64,000 nucleotides of DNA, taken from positions 22,939 to 86,938 of the forward strand of contig JAUCBJ010004437.1 in assembly GCA_032718475.1 (NCBI GenBank), in the 5' to 3' direction. The notes beneath the pieces were generated by a model. The model saw only the letters and a list, made by a program, of their open reading frames with translations, did no database searches and was not told the DNA's origin. Source of the DNA: Nemertoderma westbladi. Taxonomy: Eukaryota > Animalia > Xenacoelomorpha. Each line of letters starts with the position of its first letter. The stretch's first letter is position 1. Shown one piece after another: positions 36,641 to 49,472 of the stretch. The translations under genes and the position numbers were made by a program.

Positions 36641-37437
36641 AATTATTATTCCTAATTCTAATTAGCACTCTTTATTACTTTATAGAACTCATAGTTGAAA
36701 TAAATAAATAAATTTTAAATATTGCGGTTTAATTTCGTTTGATTGTCATACAGTATGTATTAGATAGAATTAACCATATATAAGAGTGCATTCAATTTTA
36801 CCATTACGTCCTTTAATATTCATGTTCATTCTGTCAATTTTAAATTTAATTTTATTTAAGTATTATTTACACAGCACATCTCTGTGGTGCTTTTTATCTA
36901 GCATGGCTGAGTGCAAATTTTAATGTGTATAACTAACTATATTACCGGTACCTTTAACGAATATGTCATTAAACAAAACAATTTCAAACAATTTCAGCTT
37001 GGTAACATTTTTTTCCGGGTATTATATTGTCTTATCGACCAGACAGCCAGACTAGCAGACTAGTATGGGAAGGTTCTAACAGTCTAAAGTTCGTATGTCA
37101 GTATGTTGAGGATCTAAGTTTGTATGTTGAGGATCTCAGTTCCTATGGCTATATGGGAAGGATCTATGTTCAACCAAAATCTAAGTTCGTTCAGGATCTA
37201 AGGTCAGAAGGTGCTCTGGGATCTATAACAGGGGAACACCCCAGAAATCTGCTGTTCTCCTGTAGTACTGTAGTAGGCCTATTGCTGTACTGCAGTACTG
37301 TAGTAAGCGTATGCAAAATCTGATAAACATAGCTCAGTAGGTACAGCAGTAGCTGCATAGTTCGGTGCAGTCAGGCAGTAGTCCTGTAGCCGGTACCGGT
37401 ACCCTGCAGCCCTGGTAGGCCTATATAAATATAACAA

Positions 37438-37652
37438 ATGGCTTTACGTGATAGAGCCCCAGAAGATTTGAAGTCGAAGGTTTACATCGGGAATCTGGGA
37501 ACCAGCGGGTCTAAGAAGGAGGTTGAACGCATATTTTCTCGATTCGGTGATATCAAAGACGTTTGGTTAGCCCGAACACCACCTGGTTATGGTTTCATTC
37601 AGTTTGATGACGCCGTTGATGCTAAAGATGCTTGCCGAGAACTCGATGGAAC
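37438..37652 (+). CDS. SRSF7: SR splicing factor SRSF7/9G8-like, coding exon 1 (RRM)
   Basis: KVYIGNL (RNP2), PPGYGFIQF (RNP1), DAKDACRELDG; donor AC|GTGAGT. Confidence 0.9.
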
Positions 37653-38701
37653 GTGAGTTGAAGACTGGAAGATTTACTGATTTATTAATTCTGTAATTGA
37701 ATTGTAATTTTGTATACCGGCCCAGCCTGCCAGTCAGCCAGTGGCCTGCCGCTGCCGGCAGACCGGTAAAATGGTAAATATTGCATATGGCTGTATGGCT
37801 GTATGGTGAGCTGGTACCGGCAGTCGGTGAGAAGTCAAAAATTGGACTTGAGTCCAAAATTGGACTTTGACTCCAGTTCAAGTCCAAATTTGGACTTCTG
37901 TGAGTCCAATATTGGACTTCAAATCAGCCAATTGTTCCAGGGCCTTGGGTAATTGGATCGGGCGGGATTTAATTTTTTTAATCGAAAGTATATCAAAAAA
38001 TAAGAGTTTTGAACAGGGGGACCTGAAATTCACCAGGGGGAACTTTTTTTATAAGGCTTTGAATTATTACAAAAGTCCAATTTTGGACGTGACATTGAGA
38101 ATCAAACTTAAAGGTACATGAAGCATGACAGAGACAGATGAGAGACAGCCAGACAGCTATTAAGTTATGGAAAGTTACCTTTGCATGTATCTTTGTATGT
38201 ATCTTCAGCGTACTTTACTTAGAATATAATGGCAGAATGGTACATTCTAGCATTCTAGGTACTTTGTACTTTACTTTTAGTATATTGTTTAGTTTACATT
38301 CATGTTATTTCTAAGATTCTAACCTTACAGCCTTATGTCCCCAGGACTTTAGGACTAGATTGGATTATGCTCCAACAAATATCAGAATATTTAATTACAA
38401 ATTATATTTGGTGGAAACTGGTAGCAATGCTAGGTTTGCCAACTGCAGCTGCTGCTAAGGCTAACTATAGTACAAGCTACACTACGATTTCGTCTAAGCC
38501 TATGGGAGCCCTATCAGAAAGAAATACTACAAGTTGATGCTACTACCATCTCTTCTAATTTTTCCATACAACAGGAAGGGTATTTTAAAACGGCTGGATA
38601 ATGAAAGGGGATTAACTGATTAACGTGTTGGGGTCTTCACATAATAAAACATGAACCAATTGGGGGAAAGGAACAGGTTACAGAGGCAGGCTTTTCTAAC
38701 T

Positions 38702-38882
38702 AAAACAATAAATGGCCACTTTTGACTTTACCAATTGAAGGAGCCCTATCACCACATACAGACATAGGGCAGTAGGGCATGTGCTTATACAATGTATAAG
38801 CACATGCCCTACTGCCCTATGTCTGTATGTGGTGATAGGGCTCCTTCAATTGGTAAAGTCAAAAGTGGCCATTTATTGTTTT
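38702..38882. repeat. Perfect palindrome, 90-bp arms, 1-nt spacer (38792)
   Basis: Arms are exact reverse complements when read directly. Confidence 0.95.
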
Positions 38883-38934
38883 GTTTGTTTTGTTATTGTT
38901 TATAATATACATACAGAAGCAGGCTTTTCTAACC

Positions 38935-39345
38935 AACTACTACTACAATCGGCATGCTGCATTGCAGCTGCATTATATATATACAATATAGGCCATATTA
39001 AGTATGCTGTGCCGGCTTGTTGACAAAATTGCGCCTCCACAACTCCCTTACAGCCTTATCACCCATGACATTTGTTAGATCATCCGCATCTTCAAGGCCA
39101 GTGTCCTTTAAGACAGTAAGAAAGATGCTTCTCAAGAAAGTCATGGGCTGTCCACCATGCTTATTCACTCCATGAGGTGCACTGGCTGACCTCACGGCGA
39201 AAGCAATGTCCTGCAAAGCGGAGACGGCTTTGTTCTAGTGTCAAGCTTCAGAGCTTGGGGGAACCAATGAGACACCTCCAACTCCAACTCATGTTATATA
39301 GCGTCTGGTTGGAAATGTGTGCATTGTACTTGACACAGTGAACCT
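38935..39345 (-). mobile_element. RTE-like LINE 3' fragment
   Basis: Homologous to 55235-55640 and 33570-33856. Confidence 0.85.
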
Positions 39346-40336
39346 AATCCAAACAATTAGTCAATAAACATTAACTCAATAACATAATAGGTTACAGTTT
39401 ACAGTAGTCTTATTTTTGCCTTACGAAAATACCACAGGTATGGGTATGAATGAACTAGGCCTATACAGCTATAACTCAACTCCCCGCCTGCCCGCGGTAC
39501 GGTATACTATACACTGCTAACTGGCTACAAAAGTAACTACTGATGTCTGACTGTATGTATGCGATCCCTGCTTATAACTGTATAATACTTAGAATAATTA
39601 ATTTGATCATTAAAATAATGTTGCATTGTAATTATGTAATATGCATGATATGTATGTACTGATGCGGGATGCAGTTTTAATTTAAATACCGATATATACA
39701 GTATACAGTATGGGTACACATGGCAGCATGGAGTTGTACTAAAGTCCAAAAATGGACTTCGGAGTCCAAAATTGGACTTGAAGTCTAAAATTGGACTTGA
39801 AGTCCAATTTTTGACTTCTCACCGACTGACCGGTATGGCTGTATGGCATGGCAGCATGGCGCGCGTGCATGGCGTGATTACCGGTATTTTTAATATCTTT
39901 ATACATACGGTAATAAATAATATTTACATAATATTAATTAATATTAATAATAATTAGGCTAATATTAATTATTAATATTAATACATAATATTTACCGGTT
40001 ATCTTTATTACCGTATATATTTCTGTATTTTCTTACCCTTACTATTTTTAATATCTGAATATAGGCTATTACTGTATTACTACAGTTATGCTGTTATGTA
40101 TGGCTATGATGACTAGATGAAACATATCAGTACAGCAGTATACCAGTATCAGAGTATACAGGCTGACAGGTAGGCCTATCAGCCTATAGGGCAGGCCGCA
40201 GGGCCTAATGCTTAAACCCTACAACCCTAACAGCCTAAACAGCAAGGCAACTAGGGCCTAAATACAGAAATAAAAATGCATCGAGCGTACGTCACCTACG
40301 TACAGACGTACCGTAGCCTAGTACATGTCAGCATGT

Positions 40337-42179
40337 CAGTCACTGATCTATGCCAAAATTGGCATTTTTCAAAATTGGAAGTTTTCATGCCAAAATTGGA
40401 ATTTTTGATATATTTTCTGTCCAGGGTCAGCCAATATTGGCTGGGGTTAACTAAATTTTGCAAAAAAAAATTATATTTTGATGCATTTAGACTGTTTAGA
40501 AACTTTTGACCGAGATAAAAAAAAATTCACCATGCTTTTGGTTTTTTATGATTAAAATTTTGATACTGTAACCTCTAGTTCCAAAATTGGAAGTTTTTGA
40601 CCTGCCGTTTTTGGCATTTTTTATTCTGATAGAGGAAGAGCAGCTGCAGACTGGCAGAGAGAGTGGTTGTAGTTGCTGAGTTGCAGCTTGCAGGCATATA
40701 TCTGTATATTGGTATATTTACCGAACTTTTGTTGTAAATGTATCAGTGTCATGCTGTGACAGCTGTGATGTGACATTATACATTCTAGTGAGTTGCATGT
40801 GCTTGTGTTCGTAGTCCAATATCCGAATACCTTAAGTGTTAACCTTGATATGATATCTTCTTAACTACCTAAGAAACGCCCTGCGCTGGGCCATACAACA
40901 ATGTAAGATTTGATCACATTATCAATTTCAATAGTTTGTCTCAGTTTGTCAGTTTGTGTATAACTATACATTCTGTTCTGACCATTTTTTTAAGAATTCG
41001 CTATCACCATCACCTGCTTAGCTTGAAGAAGACTTAGTTCCAGTTGTTGTGTTAGTGTTAGTACTTCCAGACAGCCAGAGGTGGTCATTCATTACCAGTG
41101 CCTTTTGTTTTATTGAATGCCGACTTTGTGCCACACATCTACCTGTCTACTGCATAAGTAACCGCTTTAGATCCTAGAGCACCTTAAACCCTGAACGAAC
41201 TTAGATCTTGGGTGAACTTAGATCCTTCCCATTCGAACTTAGATCCTTCCCAGGCAGCCAAGCGAACTTAGATACTTCCCATGCTGCCATCGAACTTAGA
41301 TCCTTCCCATATGAACTTCGATCCTCAACATACGAACTTAGATTCCACCTTGCATATATCTGTATCAGTATATTGCTGTACCATAGCTGTGTTAATGTAA
41401 AAACGTCATCCCCATACTGCCATAGGCCAGCAGACCTTGGCCTACTGTAAATATTATCACGCTTGAAGGGGAGCGAACTTATAGATCCTAACTACCATAA
41501 TAATAATAAATATAGGCCTACATTGCACCGAATTAGCTATTAATTTGCAAATTATAGTTTATTGGTGAGTAACTAATCGCAACTACTCTGAGTGTATGAC
41601 TTATTTGCATTAGATCATTATAAGTCTGTAAGTACTTTTATATGCTTAATGTAAAATGTAACACAGTACAATACTATAATATCAATTGAACGTGGCCAGC
41701 ACTACATGATGTGGGATCTAAGTTCGCCTCTCCTCTAGCAGTCTAGCGTGTGCTAAGGAATTTGTATAAATTTGGGATCTAAGTTCACCTAGTTCAGTAG
41801 TTAGGATCTAAGCTCCCCCAGACTACCGGATAGGATCTAAGTTCACTTAGTTAGGATCTAAGTTCAACCAGACTGCCAGATATAGGCTATAGTCTATGTT
41901 CGCATATATAGGACCCAAGTTCGCATAGATATAAGTTCCTCAAACTGTCAAAGTCACGCCCTGCAGGATCTAAGTTCGTTTACCGAAATATAATGCATTA
42001 TACGGACTAATAAATTTGCATGAAAATAGATTAGTTCAAACTGTCAAAATACATTATTAATCTAATAACTGGCTGACTGGTGCCTATCAGTACTAGTTCC
42101 AATTTTGGAATTAATGCCGAAATTGGAATAAAAACTTCCATTTTTGAAAACTGCCAATTTTGGCATAGATCACTGACTG
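40337..42179. mobile_element. Non-autonomous DNA transposon, CAGTC termini, 5-bp TSD (hAT5-like)
   Basis: TIR CAGTCA(C/G)TGATCTATGCCAAAATTGGCA; TSD CATGT; CCAAAATTGG repeats. Confidence 0.85.
41162..41985. mobile_element. Foldback-type element with inverted arrays of GAACTTAGATCCT
   Basis: Forward copies at the left end, reverse-complement copies at the right; second copy at 33133-37232. Confidence 0.75.
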
Positions 42180-42636
42180 CATGTAGTAGTATTCAGGTAC
42201 GGTATTGTCAGATTGTAAGAAGGTACCGATGCGTTCTGTAGTTAGGCCTACCGTACTGTATTGCTATCGATAGCCCTGGCAGCTGGCAGCTTGGTTGTGC
42301 GCCTTACTGCATACTGCTGTACTGCCTTACCCTGTCTCTCTCTGTCCTAACTATTTATAATTGTATGTGTGGTGTATACAGGCCTATGTTAATAAATTCA
42401 TAAAAGACGTTACAGAGTTAGAACTGTAGAAGTTACTTACTTCTTTTGTTCTACATGCATATATAATATTCGTATTGTTATATATATATATATCTATATT
42501 CTCTAGATATATCTATATTTCGATTATTTTTCTATACTCGAGGGAGGGGCCACGGGGGTTGAGGCTAAAGCAGGAGATAAGCCGCCCATTACAGTCATAT
42601 CAGCGTATAAATATCTTTACTTCTGTCTTGTTACAG

Positions 42637-42825
42637 TCGGATTTGCGGACAAAGAGCTATTGTCGAGATGGCGAATGGACCCCGTTCTAGTGGGGGTCGC
42701 CGCGGCGGTGGTTACCAAGGCGGCGGCGGCGGTTACCGGGGTAACGATGGACGCGGTCACGACGGCAGGGACGAGCGTTGCTACGATTGCGGACGATGGG
42801 GTCATTATTCCAGACAATGCACCAT
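42637..42825 (+). CDS. SRSF7: SRSF7-like coding exon 2 (RRM end, Gly-rich linker, CCHC knuckle)
   Basis: Acceptor ttgttacag|; reads RICGQRAIVEMANG..CYDCGRWGHYSRQC in phase; donor AT|GTAAGT. The knuckle distinguishes SRSF7 from SRSF3. Confidence 0.92.
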
Positions 42826-43813
42826 GTAAGTTATACGCAGAAGGCGGGTAATAATAGTTTATATTTATTTGTATCATCAGGAATTGAAGTGATCGTAAAT
42901 CTATGTTTGTTAGATTTTTGAACTTGAACCTAAAATTTATTGAAATATGGGCGTCTGCTGTTTTGGAAAGTTTTGAAAATTCTATGGAATAATTGCTTTG
43001 GTACCATGCATAACATGTGGTCATCATTGACAATTTTTTAATACTTTTGTTGGTCCGATTTAATAAATTTTGTTTAAATTCAGTTCATTAAGGTGAGAAT
43101 TTTATTTAAATTATAGTTGATGATTGATCAACTAAGGTTAACCTACAATAACTAACCTTTTAAATATTATACGATACCGATACCGGTACCATTACGATAA
43201 ACTACAGATGACAGAGTTCGGTAACTATTAACCGGGGTGTACCATAGTAAGTAATAAGAGCCGAAATTGAACTTGTATCATGTGAATAATTTATCATTTA
43301 CCGACTGAACACTTCCCATCTCTTGTTTTTGCTCGTATATACCGGTACAGTCCTGTCCTGTCTTAACATTTTTTTTATGAAACAATAAATTAATAAAACT
43401 ATTAGTTGCTTTTTTTTCTTTTTTTACTATTATGGTTGTATTTCTAAAATCAATAAATGTGTATTTTATTATGTTTCGTGTGGTACAGACATATAGAGAT
43501 AGCAAATTTTAAATATTACCGGTATTAGAATTAACAATATACATAAGGACTAATTCGATAAAGTATTCGATCGATAAATAATCATTCGATTATAAAAAGG
43601 TTAAGAGGGGAAACTCAGCGTTTTTTTTCATTCCTTTTCAGTTTTGCGAAATTCAACTACTCAGTCCGATTTGTTGCGTTTTAAACGAATTGACAAGCTT
43701 TTAGCACAAGCGAAAGGGGTGCTAATCTAAAACGTATTTGATTGTATTAAAGTGCCGTACATCCGTAAGATTGTAGATATAGGTAACTCCTCGTGCGTGA
43801 ACTGTATGCTGAA

Positions 43814-44402
43814 TAGTGTTGCATCGAGATCCCGATCCCGAAGGAAAAATATGGGGATTTTTCGGGATTTGCTATATCTTAATTTATATGCCCTGCAGCT
43901 TAAAATTTATACAATTGTATAAAAATTTACAATTTTTCCCAAATAAAAAGAAAATAATAATAAAGTATATAAGATAATGGGAAACGGTTTTGCTTTTACA
44001 ACTACGTACAGTGATACAGAGATAAAAATGTATATATTTTTGCTTTTTATTGAATATGATAAACATTTTTATGTGGCAGCGATTCAGTCAGACTGTAGTA
44101 GATTATTAAAAATGTTGCAGAAATTATATTAAAAACGTAAGTGAAAAGGAATACCGGTATACGTGGGAAATAAACTATACCTGTGGACCATTTGAAAAAA
44201 AATCAGTTGACATTTTTACATATCTAGGCATCTTTTAATGCATGAGATTTCTCGAAAGTTTTTTTTACCAGGGTAGATAGCTATTTCAAGTGGATGAGTA
44301 AGGCCGCAATAAAAATATAAATCCCGATCCCGAAAATCGGGATCCCGCCAGTTATAATACCGAATTCCGAAAATTGTGGATCCCCATACCGTTGAAACAC
44401 TA
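43814..44402. mobile_element. hAT-like MITE (TAGTGTT..AACACTA) with ATCCCG repeats
   Basis: Short TIRs and subterminal GATCCCGATCCCG; TSD degenerate. Confidence 0.6.
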
Positions 44403-44963
44403 AATGTTAAATAATTAGCTAAAAGTAGTTTTCTGTACTAATTTTGAAATTGGTGAAAAAATAGCTTTTTTTAACAATTTTCAGAGAAAAAATAGTGAAA
44501 ATTGTTTTATTATTTCACTCTTTTTTTTTAATATTATATTGTGAGGGATGAACGGCGGATTTTTTAAACTAGGCTAATTATTGTTAGGTTGCTCCCATAA
44601 ACATGAACAGTTATTCTGATAAAGGTAATTTTGTAATAAACACATGTATCTAATCACAAGTCACTATATATTAGTGTTTAAACGGGATCCCGATCCCGAA
44701 AAACCGGGATCCTGGCGAAAAATCCAATGTGTTGCTTGGGTGTGTCGCTTGCTTTGCCCCCCCCCCCCCCCCCCCCCCACCCACATTACAGGCTCTATAC
44801 TATATTACTATACGAAAATGGCATACAGGGGGGGGGGGGGGGGGGGGGACTTAACTTAAAACCCAAATAGAATTAGTGAAGTAAATAATTTTAATAGCTG
44901 CCCATCGTGCACATAGAATTATCCCTAAAAGTAGCTTTCGAATGATATATATATGTTTATAAG

Positions 44964-45532
44964 TAGGGATGTCCCGGAATTCCGTTCCGGCCGGAATTCC
45001 GGCGGTATTTGCCCAATTCCGGTTCGGGCCGGGATTGCCGGAATGGGGTCAATTCCGGCCGGAATTTTACCGGAATTGCCAGGTACCTAACTAGTTTGAT
45101 AGTTGCAATTAGTTTGTTAAATTATTATCAACATTTATATATTTTTTAAACATTATTACCAATTATATCGTTTAAGATACTTTTCAACACTTGTAAAAAA
45201 GTATAGTACAAAAAGTATAGTTTTCTTCGACCGTTAGAGCTAACATTTAAGGATGAAAGGCATAGATGCCCCCTGGTTAGCCCCTTCAAACCATTCGTGC
45301 TGAATCGAAAATTGCCTTGGCCCACATGCTGGGATCGAACCCACAACTTCCAGATAGATTGGAAATCAATGCAACCACTATATACACCAAGGTGGAACCT
45401 AACTAACCTATCTAACGAGGGAATTTAGTGTAGGTCACTAATTATAGAAAATTTCGGTTCCGGCCGGAATATTCCGGCATGTTGAATTCCGGTTCCGGCC
45501 GGAATTAAAATATCGATTGCGGGACATCCCTA
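44964..45532. mobile_element. hAT-type MITE
   Basis: TIR TAGGGATGTCCCG; exact 8-bp TSD TTTATAAG; CCGGAATT repeats. Confidence 0.9.
45300..45392 (-). mobile_element. tRNA-derived SINE-like head
   Basis: Minus strand TGGTGTATATAGTGG (A-box-like) and GGTTCGATCCC (B box); no intact cloverleaf. Confidence 0.55.
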
Positions 45533-45964
45533 TTTATAAGTTTTGAAAGAATACATTTTTGACGAAATCTCCCCTTAAAAGTTGGCCACTTTTAGTGATT
45601 TTGAGCCAATTGCAAAATGATTTTAATATAACTTTATCTTTCTTACTAATATATATTTCAGAAGTGTAAGATAAAATGAGTGTTACCAAAAACCCGCCAC
45701 ATATACTAATAACTTTAAGGAATTTAATCCAAAATTGCAATCCCGATCCCGTAAAACGGGATCACGAGAGTGACAATCCCGGTCCCGATCCCGGAAATCC
45801 CGAGTTAAACACTAGTATATCCAATTTTTTACGAAGGATGACATTAGCAAATTAATAGGAGTCACCTCACCAACCATTTTGGACTCAGCACCATCCACAA
45901 AGCGTATATTTGAAATATATTGGATTAGTAAGGTAAGCCCTAGTCACCGGGGGAATCATATTTT

Positions 45965-46447
45965 TGAGTTGATAAAAACAAATGAAAATATACCGTACAC
46001 GGTGACAATTAAGTTTATATTTAATTTACAGGATGGTAATTATAAATAAATATAAATAAATAAATATATATAAATATGTTTGAATAGACAAATTTTCGAA
46101 CAAACAGTTCTTCATCAATATATTCTGCTACTAATGCATTACTGTAAACTGAAGGCTGTATGACGGAAAGACGGTACTTAGTGGGTCATATTAACTCTAG
46201 ATTGAAATGGATGGAAATTTGAATTATTATACAGTTTACAGTAACGGAAGGGTAGACTTAATAGAGAACTGTTTGTTCGAAAATTTGTACATTCAAATAT
46301 ATTTATATTTATTTATAATTACACATACATATTACATTACAATTATTATTACAAATATTATTATTACAATTACATCACACATATTATTAAATATACACTT
46401 AATTGTCACCGTGTACGGTCTGTTTCCATTTGTTTTTCACTACTCAA
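45965..46447. repeat. Imperfect long inverted repeat (old MITE-like)
   Basis: ACCGTACACGGTGACAATTAAGT and CAAATTTTCGAACAAACAGTTCT recur as reverse complements at 46265-46420. Confidence 0.65.
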
Positions 46448-48583
46448 CAAAGCGTATATTTATTTCGGACAGATTTTTAAACAAGACTTTTCAAATTTAA
46501 TTTATTAATTTTAATTATTTAAATTTTCGAACAATAAACAAGGAAGCCAAAATCATTTTAAACCAATACCAATAATTATATGGTTAACCTTTTTGTTAAT
46601 TACTAATTTTGATTCAATTTATAAAATATAGACAAATAGTACAAAAATAAACTGAATAGTTCTAGTACAAGTTCTATTCAGAAAATGGAGACATTTCTTT
46701 TTGTGAGTAGATGATCAGTTTAATTAACATGAGTAGTAGCTACTCATTGTAAAATAGAATACGTCATTATGTATTGCCTTTGCCTGTCATAAAATAAAGC
46801 CTTTGGTTATAGTACAGGTGTCGGTATGCAATACATAATTACATTCAACTATTGTTTACCCGATTATCAAGCTGCTTAATACCTTCAGGGTAGTTACCAT
46901 ATTGGCTCGTCGATTGATCTAATGTCGCTCGTTTCGCTCATCTCAACCCGTTTCGGTTCGCCGACCAAACTTCTGTGTGTGGTTTATTGAGATAGTTGAT
47001 TTCCGTTGCCACGACAACGTTGTTCGGTTGCCCAATCTAGTTTTGGTTGATACACATGATTGCACAGCGACACCTAGCGACACCATACAGAATCCACGTT
47101 GCGCTATACTTTGTTGCTGTTGTTCGCTCGTGTATGGTAAAGTATTTTTTTTCAATATTTGAGACACTTCCACGGGATTTGGTTATCATTGATTTCTGAT
47201 TAAAAATATAAAGTGGATTGAATAACTAAATTAGTAGTTAAGTAAGATTTACGCGTGTGTGATATGCACATTACATTGTATAATTAATTATTTTCCAAAT
47301 GATTTTACACTTTAATATCCAAAATATGTGTTAAAGAGCCAACAAGATGAATAATACTAAACTTTTACCGGTACCGATAAATGTATTTAGGATGGTAATG
47401 AATCAGACAGTCTATAATTCGCACCCGAGTTTTATTACGTTCGTTTATGATTCAATAATGTATAAAATTACATTGTTTACTTACTGTATAAAAAATTTAC
47501 TTTACAATACTTACAAAGACTTACTGCAACTTTACAACACTGAACATAGTTGAAAAAACTAAAAAAACTGTCCACTCTAAGCATTTAGAACAGCTATAAA
47601 TATTTGCTGTATTTGTAAATGGATGTCATATAATGCCCCTGGTACTTTTAATATGTGAACCCACCCCGGATGTTATGTGTTCAGTAAACATTATACAGAT
47701 ACTGCGATAGATACACCATGGGCATACATGCTCGATCAGCGATCTGGGGCAATCTCTGCTTCTCAAGACCAGACAGAGTCAATGACTAGCCGGCGAAGGA
47801 AAGTAATTGTCTTGCCAATGGCATGAAGCTTCAAACAACGAGGTTGCCATGAGATACGGCCGATTCTCACGGTAACAGCAGTGAGTTTTAAGTGGCGGAA
47901 TTGTGCTGAAGGGACCGTAATTGTAGATCTCTTTGCTTGCGATGCGTAACCAACGTCCTGCACTCCTCTCCATGTAACAGTCTGGTATGTGTATTTACCG
48001 TCACTATTGTCATCAACATGAACTACAGATATAGTCGTAGAATAGAAGTAATTTTATTTATATCGCTAATCTGCTAGTCAAAATCAATATTTCTTGGGAG
48101 TTAGTTGTCCTTGGGCTGAGCTATTAGCAAAATTACAAACATTGGAGGCGTTGCCAATATTAGGGATCAAAGACAATTATGGTACTTTTACAAAAAACCA
48201 ATCAATCTCGTGCAATATAATTTACCTTCTCAACAATCACATCACAATTTCACATATTTTATATTCTAAGTTAACGTACGTAATTGGTGTGGGGCAGGGT
48301 ATTATAGTTTTCAATTGAAGTGCAAACAAACACTATATACACTAAGTTGAGTAAAGTTGCTATTATTATTTGTGTGTTTTAAAATTGACTAAAGGCGTTG
48401 TTTAATATACCAAGCAAGATAATTACAGTGTAAATATATTGTTGGAGCTACCAGTCGTTCTCTGAAGTATTGTTCTACTAACTAACACCCCATAGGTTAG
48501 GTGGTGTGTCTAACTCTGTAACTAACACCCCATAGATAGGTTAGGTGGGTGGGTGTCTAACTCTCTAACTAAATATCTCGCAG

Positions 48584-48694
48584 GTTCGGGGGACGAAGAC
48601 CGTCGTACCAATCCAATTATCGTGGGGGAGGAGGATATGGTGGGGGAGGGGGTTACAATAGCAGAAGATACAGGAGATCCCGTTCGCGTTCCAG
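48584..48694 (+). CDS. SRSF7: SRSF7-like coding exon 3 (Gly/Tyr-rich, start of RS domain)
   Basis: Acceptor tctcgcag|, CTAAC branch site upstream; FGGRRPSY..RRSRSRSR; donor AG|GTAAGG; phases match. Confidence 0.88.
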
Positions 48695-49204
48695 GTAAGG
48701 CCATGATAGACCACGACCACGTGGTTACAGTCTATAGCTACAGAATCTACTGTCTAGGCGTAATGGCGCATGCGCAAGATTGGTAATAATGTTCGTTTGA
48801 GTTCGATAGTTAATTAGATAATCTTAAATTTATATTATTTTTCCAGATGGGGGGGGGGGGGGGGGGGGGGGTGGAGAGGAGGGGGGAACTGGACGGCAGT
48901 GGATGCAATAAAACTTAATCCCTATCCAGGGGAAATTCGATGCAAATAACAGCTAATTACTTTTAAAAATAAAACTGTAACCTGTTCTATTGCGTTTAGT
49001 TTATTGTTTTGGTTAAAATAACGTGCCACTGTAACCTGCTCATTTCCCTAAATTGAGAATTTAACATTGAGGCGGGATATTAATTCGCCAAGGCGTGTTT
49101 TGCGTCCAGTTCCCCCCCCCCCCCCCCCCCCCTGTCTCTATTTTTCAGCATGATTTTAGTCTTTTTATTTTTTGAAATTAATTTATTATTGATTCTCTCC
49201 ACAG

Positions 49205-49472
49205 GTCTCGTTCCTACGGACGCCGCCGTTCCTACTCCCGTTCCCCGCGACGACGTTCCCGAGGTCGCCGTTCCGACAGCTCCCGATCGGGTTCCCGCTC
49301 GCTGAGCCGCGGCTACAGACGCTCGGGGTCGGGAGACCGGAGGTCCCGGAGCGTGTCCCCGCGTAGACGCATGTCCCGCAGTGGGTCCCCGCGTAGACGC
49401 ATGTCACGCAGTGGGTCCCCGCGTCGGTACTCGGGGAGTCCGCGCCGCTCGCGGTCCCGTTCCAACCCGTAG
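49205..49472 (+). CDS. SRSF7: SRSF7-like coding exon 4 (RS domain to TAG); spliced CDS 783 nt, 260 aa
   Basis: Acceptor ctctccacag|; SRSYGRRRSYSRSPRRRS..SRSNP*. Confidence 0.88.

Larger units (their letters stand above)
34018..37062 (+). mobile_element. Internally deleted DNA transposon, probably Academ-type
   Basis: Imperfect TIRs TAGTCTGGTCGAT..GGAAAAAAATGTTAC / GTAACATTTTTTTCC..ATCGACCAGAC..CTA. 3-bp TSD GTA. Host repeat is restored on excision. Contains a transposase fragment. Confidence 0.65.
33133..37232. mobile_element. Non-autonomous foldback-type element with GAACTTAGATCCT subterminal repeats, carrying nested insertions; boundaries approximate
   Basis: 33133-33570, 33860-34017 and 37063-37232 together match the reverse complement of 41162-41985. 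Confidence 0.7.
37821..39828. mobile_element. Non-autonomous DNA transposon, CAGTC termini, 5-bp TSD (hAT5-like)
   Basis: 29-bp TIR CAGTCGGTGAGAAGTCAAAAATTGGACTT; TSD ACCGG; subterminal GTCCAAAATTGGAC repeats. Confidence 0.85.
44672..45814. mobile_element. hAT-like MITE of the same type, hosting a nested MITE
   Basis: TIR TAGTGTTTAA..TTAAACACTA; ATCCCG repeats at both ends. Confidence 0.7.

Noticed and set aside
48849-48871. Long G/C homopolymers (also about 44757, 44828, 49113) as G-quadruplex signals
   Set aside because: Common throughout the window and lengths are unreliable; no specific pattern.
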